The translations under genes were made by a program, and so were the position numbers. From Spirochaetota bacterium (GTDB lineage: Bacteria > Spirochaetota > Spirochaetia > Treponematales > UBA12059), in contig JAIFMD010000029.1 of NCBI GenBank assembly GCA_020048755.1, positions 1 to 62,979 of the forward strand: a stretch of 62,979 bases of DNA, read 5' to 3'. Every line of letters starts with the position of its first letter. The stretch's first letter is position 1. Under the pieces are notes generated by a model that saw only the letters and a program-made list of their open reading frames with translations, was not told the DNA's origin and made no database searches. Shown here in pieces: positions 42,723 to 51,134 of this stretch.

Positions 42723-43085
42723 ATGACTGAACAATTGACTCTTGGCGCATTCAAAAACAAGGTTTTTGATTACGAGAACGAAAAGGAATGGAAGTATATT
42801 GGTGAACTTCCTGCCATCATAGATTTTTATGCAGACTGGTGTGGACCATGCAAGATGGTAGCTCCGGTACTCGAGAAACTTTCAACGAAATACGCTGAAA
42901 AGCTTTCAGTCTACAAGGTAGATACCGAGGCGGAACAGGAACTCGCTGGCATGTTCGGCGTTCAGAGCATACCTACGCTGCTGTTCATTCCCAAAGATGG
43001 CCAGCCCAGAGTCTCCATGGGTGCGTTGCCGGAAAAGGAATTCGAGCGCATCATCGCTGAACTGCTGTTGCCTGTGGAGGCGTGA
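42723..43085 (+). CDS. trxA: Thioredoxin
   Basis: Active site 'WCGPCK' and 'GVQSIPTLLF'. RBS 'ggagg' lies before ATG 42723. Confidence 0.85.
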   Translation: MTEQLTLGAFKNKVFDYENEKEWKYIGELPAIIDFYADWCGPCKMVAPVLEKLSTKYAEKLSVYKVDTEAEQELAGMFGVQSIPTLLFIPKDGQPRVSMGALPEKEFERIIAELLLPVEA

Positions 43086-44274
43086 ACGTAAACGGCAATT
43101 CCACGGTTTCCATTGTAGAGACGGCCTGGGCAACCGCTTCCCGGAAGCCCAGCCCGTCAAATTCTGCCCGTTCTTCGTCATACTTAGCCTTGAGTACTGG
43201 ATGCTTTGGTGAAAAGAGGACGCAGCAGTCTTCATAGGGCAGAATTGAAATATCGAACGTGCCTATGCTCCTGGCAAGCCGTATCGTATCTTCCTTGTCG
43301 GTTCCGACAAGTGGCCTCAGGATGGGGTAGTCTGTATAGGACCCGGTGAATCGCATGTTCTCCGCTGTCTGGCTGGCAACTTGTCCAAGGCTTTCACCGC
43401 TGACTATTGCGTTGAGTCCCCGTCCTTTGGCAACCATGTCTGCCGCCATCATCATGCATGCGCGCAGGTACAAGGTAGATTTTTCCGGTAGTGCGTCTTT
43501 CTTTATCTTGAGTTGCACGTCGGTGAAGCTGGCCGTGTGCAGCGTCATTCCACCGGAATAGGTGGCCAGGTTGGACGCGAGATCACGGACCTTCTCCCAG
43601 GCTTCCTTGGAAGTGTAGGGGTAGGAATGAAAGTATAATGATTCCAGAGCCAGCCCCCGGCTGAGCATCTTGTAGCCTGCCACCGGTGAATCTATGCCAC
43701 CGGAAAGGAGCAGCAAGCCTCGTCCCCCGGAACCAATGGGCAAGCCCCGCATTCCATACGAGGGATCGCTGAAGACATATGCTTTTTCGCGAACTTCTAC
43801 ATAGATGATGGCATCAGGATTGTGCACGTCGACACGGATCGTCGGGAAGCGTTCCAGTATTGTTCCGCCCAGTTCCCGTGCTATGCCATAAGAATCCAGT
43901 ACAAAACCCTTGTCTGACCTTCGGGCTTCGATCTTGAAGGTTTTGGCTCCCTGTGCTACGAGCGGTTCCATCGCTGCGATAGCCGCGGCCCGCATGCGGG
44001 TCATGTCTTTTGGCATCTTGTGAGCCCTGGCCCAGCCATTGATACCAGGGATTCTGGATAATGCAAATTCTGCCTTGAGGGCATGTTCCTCGTCCACTTT
44101 GAGATAGTAACGCCCTTCTCTGGACGATACTTCGCTGTGGAACGATGAGAGCCTGCGCTTGATATCCCGCTTGAGGCGGTTTTCGAACTCTGCCCTGTTG
44201 CCGTCTTTAAGCCGGATCTCGCCTATCTTGATGAGGTACAACGCTTCCATGGCGGCTAGATCTCCCTTGGTCAT
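43051..44274 (-). CDS. thiI: tRNA 4-thiouridine(8) synthase ThiI (THUMP + PP-loop, no rhodanese domain)
   Basis: PP-loop 'LSGGIDSPVA', an N-terminal ferredoxin-like/THUMP region, and 'ESLGQVASQT'. Confidence 0.85.
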   Translation of the reverse strand: MTKGDLAAMEALYLIKIGEIRLKDGNRAEFENRLKRDIKRRLSSFHSEVSSREGRYYLKVDEEHALKAEFALSRIPGINGWARAHKMPKDMTRMRAAAIAAMEPLVAQGAKTFKIEARRSDKGFVLDSYGIARELGGTILERFPTIRVDVHNPDAIIYVEVREKAYVFSDPSYGMRGLPIGSGGRGLLLLSGGIDSPVAGYKMLSRGLALESLYFHSYPYTSKEAWEKVRDLASNLATYSGGMTLHTASFTDVQLKIKKDALPEKSTLYLRACMMMAADMVAKGRGLNAIVSGESLGQVASQTAENMRFTGSYTDYPILRPLVGTDKEDTIRLARSIGTFDISILPYEDCCVLFSPKHPVLKAKYDEERAEFDGLGFREAVAQAVSTMETVELPFTFTPPQATAVQR

Positions 44275-45425
44275 ACCCGGTATTGCGCGTGCAATGATGC
44301 CGCGTGGCCCAGGAATTCATTGATGTCGGCGACGGTCGTATCCCGCCCTGTCGATATGCGGATAGAAGAAAATGAAAACGCTCTGTCCACACCCATCGCA
44401 TCCAGTATCCGGCGTTCCTTCCTGGTACTGGAGCAGGCGGCTCCGGTGGAAACAGCGATACCCTGCATGTCGAGCAGCCTGCACAGCACCTCGCCACCAA
44501 GACCCGGGAACGCCGCGTGCACAATGTTGGGACTATACCGCTCGTCACCCGCCATCCTTGAAACGGGGATGGGGGTGGCTCCCGGAATTCTCCTGAGTCC
44601 ATCGATCAGTGCTTTTTCCAATTCCCGTGCCCGCGCCATGGCCGGTACTCGTGTTTCTGCCGACCTGGCTGCGGCTTTGGCAAAGGCCCAGGCTCCTGGC
44701 GTATTGTGGGTGCCAGGCCTGATGCCGCCCTCCTGGCCGCCACCGATGGCGAGGGGCCTCAGGGGCTTGCGTAGATACAGAGCTCCTATGCCACGAGGCC
44801 CGCCAAGTTTGTGTGCGCTGAAACCGGCTCCGTCAACACCAGTCGCAACCGCGTCAAACCCTATAGGGCCGAGAGCCTGGACTGCATCGCAGTAGAAGAA
44901 CGGCTGTCGGCCAGCATTGCCCGCGGCGGTGCGGACTGAATCCACAATACGTTTGATTGGCTGGATGGCACCTGTTTCATTGTTTACGGACATGATGGCA
45001 ACCATCGCTGTATCAGGTCTCACAGCATTGGCAACAGCTTCTGGAGTGATAAACCCATCATGGTCAGGTGCTATCCTTATGACGGTAATGCCAAGTTCTT
45101 CCAGAATGCGGGCCTGTTCGAATATGGCAGCATGCTCGATGGAGCTAATGATGACAGATCGCTGACTCTTGCCAGTCAGTGTTGAAAGCATTGCTATCGA
45201 ATCAGCTTCAGTACCGCCAGACGTGAATATGATGTGCTCGGCAGTTGTACCGATAACGGTGGCCAGACCAGCCCGTGAGTTTTCCAGTTCTGTCCTGGCT
45301 GATTTCCCCGCGGAATGCATGCTTGACGGATTGCCGTAACAGCGCGTGGCAAGATCTGCTGCCTCGGTTATTAAATCCCTGTACGGTGGAGCCCCGGCGG
45401 CCCAGTCGAGGTAGCATGGTGACAT
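44271..45425 (-). CDS. Cysteine desulfurase (NifS/IscS class V aminotransferase)
   Basis: PLP-Lys context 'FSAHKLGGPRGIGALY', the active-site Cys loop 'STGAACSS', and 'FTSGGTEADS'. 4-nt overlap with thiI. Confidence 0.85.
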   Translation of the reverse strand: MSPCYLDWAAGAPPYRDLITEAADLATRCYGNPSSMHSAGKSARTELENSRAGLATVIGTTAEHIIFTSGGTEADSIAMLSTLTGKSQRSVIISSIEHAAIFEQARILEELGITVIRIAPDHDGFITPEAVANAVRPDTAMVAIMSVNNETGAIQPIKRIVDSVRTAAGNAGRQPFFYCDAVQALGPIGFDAVATGVDGAGFSAHKLGGPRGIGALYLRKPLRPLAIGGGQEGGIRPGTHNTPGAWAFAKAAARSAETRVPAMARARELEKALIDGLRRIPGATPIPVSRMAGDERYSPNIVHAAFPGLGGEVLCRLLDMQGIAVSTGAACSSTRKERRILDAMGVDRAFSFSSIRISTGRDTTVADINEFLGHAASLHAQYRV

Positions 45426-45539
45426 GGTTCGTATGATAGCGCGCTGGGCAGGGGGTAGGCAAGCGACCCGCAGACCATATGGTGTCTGGGGTCGCTGTCT
45501 CCAGGTTGCTGCTTGCCGATGCTGGTTGTCCGGTCAGTG

Positions 45540-45866
45540 TCAGGAGGAACGTTTGTCTGGAATGCCTCCAGGTACGCCCCCGGCGGCCGTGAATCCTGCA
45601 CGGAGATACAAAGCACAATAACAGTGGCCATGTTCGTCTATGTCGGGCCTTGCGAATACGCAAGGGCAGATTACATCCGCGTCCGTCTCCCGCGAGCCGT
45701 CAGAGTCCCGGCAGGGGCAGAGGTAGTAAGCGTACCGGTTCCAGTTTGTAGTCAATCCTGACAGCAGGATATCAGTAAACTCGGTGTCGGGGTTGAGTTC
45801 CCAGCCCTGTTTGGCGGCAACCATGGTTGCGAACCGCCTTGTATCGTCGATGGTTTTTTCTGACAC
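45540..45866 (-). CDS. Ferredoxin:thioredoxin reductase catalytic-subunit-like protein
   Basis: Cys pattern 'CPC...CPC...CYC' within 'YYLCPCRDSDGSRETDADVICPCVFARPDIDEHGHCYCALY', as in the FTR beta-chain family. Confidence 0.65.
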   Translation of the reverse strand: MSEKTIDDTRRFATMVAAKQGWELNPDTEFTDILLSGLTTNWNRYAYYLCPCRDSDGSRETDADVICPCVFARPDIDEHGHCYCALYLRAGFTAAGGVPGGIPDKRSS

Positions 45867-45868
45867 GT

Positions 45869-46168
45869 TCAGAGCCCCAGCGTCCGTTTCCAGTCAGCCT
45901 CTATGAAACCTACAAGGTGTTCGCTTTCTCCTATGGTGGCAAACGGGAAGGCAATGTCGACCTTGAATTTTTCCTTGAGCGTGCGTTTGGCTTCATTTTT
46001 TATTTCTATCGGGATGGCATCCATGTAGATGAAACGGTAGGCAAACTTGTTTTTTTCAAGATAGGTCATGGCGCGCTTGCAGAATCCACAGGTGGACAGG
46101 GCATAGACAGTTATGGGCGGCGTAGTATGTTCGCCATGGACAGGTGTGTAGGTTAAGGTGTCAAGCAT
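45869..46168 (-). CDS. Glutaredoxin-like (thioredoxin-fold) protein
   Basis: 'VYALSTCGFCKRAMTYLEKN' contains a CxxC active site. The protein is 99 aa and its gene ends 2 nt upstream of the FTR-like gene. Confidence 0.65.
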   Translation of the reverse strand: MLDTLTYTPVHGEHTTPPITVYALSTCGFCKRAMTYLEKNKFAYRFIYMDAIPIEIKNEAKRTLKEKFKVDIAFPFATIGESEHLVGFIEADWKRTLGL

Positions 46169-46225
46169 CGTTTATTCTCCTTGCCGTATATAGTAAACGC
46201 GATGATGGCTTTTGGCAAATACCCT

Positions 46226-47632
46226 TCACGACGGGTTTTGCCCGGGGGCCCAGGCGCACGCATATGCATCGGCGTCGAATTTCCGCCTGAGGCCGGCTGC
46301 AACCATGCTGCGCACCGTGCTGTAGACCGGACGCGCCGGCCAGGGGCGGTCGTGAAGGCCGAAACACCAGGCAACACCTGCCCATCCGTTGGGATCGCGG
46401 CCGTCGAGGGCATAGCGGTCGTTCAGGTACAGGGCCGTGGCAAAGGCTTCCCGCGGCGTAGCGCTCCACGCGAGTATCATCTTGCCCCAGTACATGCGCA
46501 TGTAGTTGTGGATGGTTCCTGAACGCACGAGTTGCTCCTGCGCAGCGTTCCAGTACGGATCATGGGTTGTGGCCGCTTCAAACTGCAACCGGGTGTACAG
46601 GTACGCCCGGCGATCGGAGACGGCGGAATCCAGGGCGGTGCGGGACCAGGCGGGCAGGCCTTCCCAGGCGTCATAATCGAGCGGCCGGTACCGGACGTAG
46701 TTGCGGCAGAGTTCACGCCGTACGACGAGTTGCTCGGCGAAGGCCGGATATCCCGGTCCTCCTTGTGCCCGTGCCGCCGAAATGACGACCAGCGGAGAAA
46801 CCTGCCCGAAGTGCAGATACGGGGAGAGACCGCTGCTGCCATCCTTCAGCGGGTCATTGCGGTCACCGTCGTAGCGGTCAAGCCTGTCCTGCACAAAGGC
46901 CTCCAGCCTGGTGCGCCCGGCAGCCTCGCCCGGTGAGCACGGGAACGCCTGCTCCGGGCTCCGGTCGCCGGGATATGCGGGGCCGGGAGCAGCGTCATAC
47001 GCCGCGAACAAGGCGGCTTCGTCCGGCCCGGTGCGTCCGGGGAGGCCATCACCGGGAATCTGGATCCTGGTCGCCGGATGGCGGGGAGAGGGTACCGGAG
47101 GCAGCGGTCGCGAGGCGTAGGAGGCCACCGCGCCTTCTATCTTGAGGCGCAACGTACGGGCCGACCATTCCTGTTTGGGGCTGGCCACGGCCTCGGGAAT
47201 CACTGATTCGCCGTCCACCTCTACGACGGCCACACCGGATTGCACCGCGAGCGCGGCTTTCGCTGTTACCGACCACCGTGCCGGAGTGCGGTCGACGACC
47301 ACGAGCGCGGCGCTTTCTGCGACTTCAAGTACTGTTTTAAGTGGCTCGCCGCGCCGCAACCTGAAGCCTATCCCGGCATCACGCAGGACGGCGGCGGTTT
47401 TCTGGAGCCCGGAAAGCATCCAGCGGTAGTGAGGCGCGGTGGCTGAAGGGTAGTCAGCGAGGACGAAAACTACAACGAGAGGCAGTGCCAGCCGGTCTGC
47501 CTCCGCGGCAGCGAACCAGAGGGCGTGATTGCAGTCAGCGCGCTGGGCCGCCTGCATCCAGTAGAGGACGAAGGCCGCGCCGCTGCGCACGGGCAGGCGG
47601 TTCAGCGCTGTAATTCTCTCGGGGTCAATCAT
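46226..47632 (-). CDS. phr: Class II CPD photolyase
   Basis: 'HNYMRMYWGKMILAWSATPREAFATALYLNDRYALDGRDPNGWAGVAWCFGLHDRPWPARPVYSTVRSM...RKFDADAY' is the characteristic class II FAD-binding C-terminus. ATG 47632 was chosen. Confidence 0.85.
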   Translation of the reverse strand: MIDPERITALNRLPVRSGAAFVLYWMQAAQRADCNHALWFAAAEADRLALPLVVVFVLADYPSATAPHYRWMLSGLQKTAAVLRDAGIGFRLRRGEPLKTVLEVAESAALVVVDRTPARWSVTAKAALAVQSGVAVVEVDGESVIPEAVASPKQEWSARTLRLKIEGAVASYASRPLPPVPSPRHPATRIQIPGDGLPGRTGPDEAALFAAYDAAPGPAYPGDRSPEQAFPCSPGEAAGRTRLEAFVQDRLDRYDGDRNDPLKDGSSGLSPYLHFGQVSPLVVISAARAQGGPGYPAFAEQLVVRRELCRNYVRYRPLDYDAWEGLPAWSRTALDSAVSDRRAYLYTRLQFEAATTHDPYWNAAQEQLVRSGTIHNYMRMYWGKMILAWSATPREAFATALYLNDRYALDGRDPNGWAGVAWCFGLHDRPWPARPVYSTVRSMVAAGLRRKFDADAYACAWAPGQNPS

Positions 47633-47741
47633 GGTGGCAAGTATAACGGTGCCGGCATCGTTGCGCCATGTAGGCGCACGCCACGTAGGCGATCCCTGTG
47701 CGTCATTGAACAACGGTGCTGTTCCGGGGTACATTCGATCC

Positions 47742-49565
47742 ATGCATGACATCGCCCGAACCCGCAATTTTTGTATCATTGCGCACATAGACCATGGCAA
47801 GTCCACACTGGCCGACCGCTTCATAGAGCGGGCCAAAATAGTCGACCAGCGCAAGATCCAGAACCAGATGCTGGACAACATGGACATAGAACGGGAGCGC
47901 GGCATAACGATAAAAAGTCAGGCCGTGACGCTTTCCTATACCGCAAAAGATGGCCAGGAATATACGCTCAATCTGGTCGATACGCCCGGTCATGTCGACT
48001 TTTCCTATGAAGTTTCCAGAGCCATCAGTTCCTGTGAAGGCGCCATCCTGCTCGTCGATGCTACCCAGGGTGTCGAAGCACAGACCCTGTCAAACATGTA
48101 CATGGCGCTGGAACACGACCTCGAGATATTGCCGGTCATAAACAAGATAGACATGCCTGCAGCCAACATAGACGACGCCCGGCACCAGATATCCCACGAC
48201 CTCGGGCTGGACGGCGACGAAGCCCTCTGTGTATCGGGCAAGATGGGCCTGGGCATAGAGGAACTGTTCGAGGCCATCGTCGAGAGGGTGCCTTGCCCCA
48301 GCGGCGATCCTACAAAGCCGCTCCTTGCGCTCATCTTCGACAGTCACTACGACCCGTACCGCGGCGTCATCGTGCACCTGCGGATTTTTGACGGCACCAT
48401 CAAGCCCGGCATGAAGATCCGGCTCATGTACAACGACTCCGAGTACGAAGTAGAAGAAACCGGGTACTTCAAGCTGGCGCTGTCCAAGTCCGACGAGCTG
48501 ATAGCCGGCGACGTGGGCTACCTCATTGCTGGCATCAAGACCGTTTCAGATATCCGGGTGGGCGATACCATCACCGGTGCTGTAAACCCCGCCACCGAGC
48601 CGCTCCCCGGATTTCGCGAGGTCAAACCGGTAGTCTACAGCTCCATCTACCCGATGGACACGGTGGACTACCCCGAACTCAAGGTGGCGATGGAAAAGCT
48701 AAAGCTCAACGACGCCTCGCTCATCTACGACAAGGACAGCTCCCTGGCCCTCGGTTTCGGCTTCCGCTGCGGATTCCTGGGCATGCTGCACCTTGAAGTG
48801 GTGCAGGAACGCCTTGAGCGCGAGTACGATCAGGCCATCATCATGACGGCACCAAGCGTGCGTTACCGCCTCACGATGAACCACACCGGCGATGTCGTCA
48901 TCATAGACAATCCGTCTGATTACCCCGATCCGTCACGCATCGCGTCAGCCGAAGAGCCCTACATCAAGGCGCAGATCATCACGCCGCTTGCCTACATCGG
49001 CAATCTCATAACGCTTTGCATCAACAAGCGCGGTTCGCAAACCGGTTTTACGCACCTGGACGAGAAACGGGTGGAGATGATTTTCGAGATGCCGCTTGCC
49101 GAGGTTCTCTTCGACTTCTACGACAAGCTCAAGAGTACCAGCCGGGGTTATGCCAGCTTTGACTACGAAATAATCGACTACCGGCCTACTGAATTGTCGA
49201 AGCTGGACATCCTGATCAATTCCAAACCTGTGGACGCTCTTGCCCAGCTGGTGTTCAGGCCCTCGGCGATGGAACGCGGACGCAAGGTCTGCGAGCGGCT
49301 CAAGGACTCCATGAGCCGGCACCAGTTCAAGATTGCCATCCAGGCCGCGATCGGCGGATCCATAGTCGCCCGCGAAACGGTCAATCCTGTCCGCAAGGAC
49401 GTGCTTGCCAAGTGCTACGGCGGCGACATCAGCCGCAAGCGCAAGCTGCTCGAGAAGCAGAAGGAAGGCAAGAAGCGCATGAAGATGGTAGGCGATGTGG
49501 AGCTGACCCAGGAATCCTTCATGGCCGTACTGCGCGAAAACGAGAACGACGACAAGAAGAATTGA
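47742..49565 (+). CDS. lepA: Elongation factor 4 (LepA)
   Basis: 'IRNFCIIAHIDHGKSTLADRFIE', 'DTPGHVDF', 'NKID', and the LepA-specific C-terminus 'AKCYGGDISRKRKLLEKQKEGKKRMK'. Confidence 0.95.
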   Translation: MHDIARTRNFCIIAHIDHGKSTLADRFIERAKIVDQRKIQNQMLDNMDIERERGITIKSQAVTLSYTAKDGQEYTLNLVDTPGHVDFSYEVSRAISSCEGAILLVDATQGVEAQTLSNMYMALEHDLEILPVINKIDMPAANIDDARHQISHDLGLDGDEALCVSGKMGLGIEELFEAIVERVPCPSGDPTKPLLALIFDSHYDPYRGVIVHLRIFDGTIKPGMKIRLMYNDSEYEVEETGYFKLALSKSDELIAGDVGYLIAGIKTVSDIRVGDTITGAVNPATEPLPGFREVKPVVYSSIYPMDTVDYPELKVAMEKLKLNDASLIYDKDSSLALGFGFRCGFLGMLHLEVVQERLEREYDQAIIMTAPSVRYRLTMNHTGDVVIIDNPSDYPDPSRIASAEEPYIKAQIITPLAYIGNLITLCINKRGSQTGFTHLDEKRVEMIFEMPLAEVLFDFYDKLKSTSRGYASFDYEIIDYRPTELSKLDILINSKPVDALAQLVFRPSAMERGRKVCERLKDSMSRHQFKIAIQAAIGGSIVARETVNPVRKDVLAKCYGGDISRKRKLLEKQKEGKKRMKMVGDVELTQESFMAVLRENENDDKKN

Positions 49566-49583
49566 GTCTGGAACCCGCCGGAC

Positions 49584-51122
49584 TCATGGTTTCTGCAGTG
49601 CGTCGGCGAGTCGCCCGCGCCAGTAGGCGGCTTCAGCGGCTACGCGCCTGAGGGCGTCGTCTTCCAGTTCCAGTACCCGTTCCGGATCTGGAAAATGGAA
49701 GTACAGGAAGTCTGCGTCGGCCAGCAGCGCTTTCAACCGTTCCGGGGTTGTTCCGGTGCGCAGCGCAGCCGCCACGTTTTCCGCGCGTTCGAGTTCCACC
49801 GCCAGAAAGTTACGGGCAAGCTCCCTGCAATGCTCAGGGTCCATATGCGAACCCAGTTGCCCTGCTTCACCCCGCACGTATTTTCCTTCAGCCAACAGTT
49901 CCATGTCTCTGGGTGTTGTTGCACGCAATGGTAGACCCGCACCGAAACCACCCCTCAGGTCCCATGCATCCAGACCTCTCAATTCGCCAGCCGCCAGCGC
50001 CGCGTACATGGCCAGTGCCGGATCTGTCAGCGAGCCGTCTTGCCTGCGCGTGCAGCCATCCCGGAAGGAGCTCGCCCACGCCGCACTCCGCTTCTCGGTG
50101 CGGCTCTCCGTACGTCGTGCCCGCAGGTCGGCCGGGCTGCCGGAACAATGTGTCCTGCCCTGGTTGAAGGCAAAATCAAGCCCCGCAACGAGAACCGGGC
50201 CGCCGAGGAGCCTGGCTATCCTGATGGCCAGTACACCGACAGATCCCAGTGGTGGAACAAGCGTGAGAGGCAACCCCGAGGCCGCAAGGCGCTTCAGGAA
50301 TGCGCTGTCTGTGTATTCACTCAGGGTCAGGCTCAAAGAGCCTGGCAAGGCCCTGAACGAGGCGGGGTGGGCAGTCAGATCCGCTACCAGCGCTGCGGGC
50401 CTGCCTTCAAGGGGCAGGAAATCTTCAACATTGTAGACTTGCCCCTCCAGGCAGACGACGGCATCAGGAATGATGCCAGCCCTTGCCAGAGCGCCCGAGG
50501 CAGTGTCGCAGGCCAGCACGAACAGGCCTTCACGGTGCCGGTCCAGCACTGGCAGGGCGCCATCAAGCGAGGGCCCCGCGCCACAGACGACTATCGGCTT
50601 GCCACCCGCACCGATCGGCACGAGTGCCTCCCAGCGCATCGAACCCAGGTTTGCGATTATGTTCTTAGTCCACAGACGGCCCATCCTGACCAGCGCCAGC
50701 CGGTTGCGGAACCGTATCTGTATGTCGGCATCGATGGCAGCCAGTACACGGTCATACTCGGCCTCGTGCAGTGCCCTCCCGCCAGAGACCCGAACCTCGA
50801 TGGCACGCCTGAAACGGGCGGGTGCGATGCGTTGCTCCACGGAGCGGTATGCAGCGATGGCTTCGTGTGGTGAGGCCAGGACGACGCCAGGTAAACCTTC
50901 CGCGATAGACTTCTCGGCAATTGAGCGCAACGTGGCCTCGGCCTCGATGCAGAGAATTGCACTGGAAGCCGGCAACCGTTCCAGCAGTTCCCGGAGTCCA
51001 TAGCAGAGGCAGGGTGAGGGTACTATGTACAGAGTGTCTGGTCTGAAAGGAGTGGCCAGGACTGCGGCCAGAATTGAAAAGCCCCTGCCCGTATCGACGA
51101 GCAGGGGCCTTGCATCATCCAT
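49584..51122 (-). CDS. DUF115 / MptE-like protein (motility-associated factor Maf-like)
   Basis: 'PIVVCGAGPSLDGALPVL...FVLACDTASGALARAGIIPDAVVCLEG' is the DUF115 core seen in Maf flagellin-glycosyltransferase candidates. Confidence 0.6.
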   Translation of the reverse strand: MDDARPLLVDTGRGFSILAAVLATPFRPDTLYIVPSPCLCYGLRELLERLPASSAILCIEAEATLRSIAEKSIAEGLPGVVLASPHEAIAAYRSVEQRIAPARFRRAIEVRVSGGRALHEAEYDRVLAAIDADIQIRFRNRLALVRMGRLWTKNIIANLGSMRWEALVPIGAGGKPIVVCGAGPSLDGALPVLDRHREGLFVLACDTASGALARAGIIPDAVVCLEGQVYNVEDFLPLEGRPAALVADLTAHPASFRALPGSLSLTLSEYTDSAFLKRLAASGLPLTLVPPLGSVGVLAIRIARLLGGPVLVAGLDFAFNQGRTHCSGSPADLRARRTESRTEKRSAAWASSFRDGCTRRQDGSLTDPALAMYAALAAGELRGLDAWDLRGGFGAGLPLRATTPRDMELLAEGKYVRGEAGQLGSHMDPEHCRELARNFLAVELERAENVAAALRTGTTPERLKALLADADFLYFHFPDPERVLELEDDALRRVAAEAAYWRGRLADALQKP

Positions 51123-51134
51123 GACAGCCTGTTT

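Noticed and set aside
47631-47905. 5' extensions of lepA (from 47631) and the photolyase gene (to 47905).
   Set aside because: The two extensions overlap each other on opposite strands. The conserved N-termini begin at 47742 ('MHDIARTRNFCIIAHIDHGKST') and 47632 ('MIDPERITALN...').
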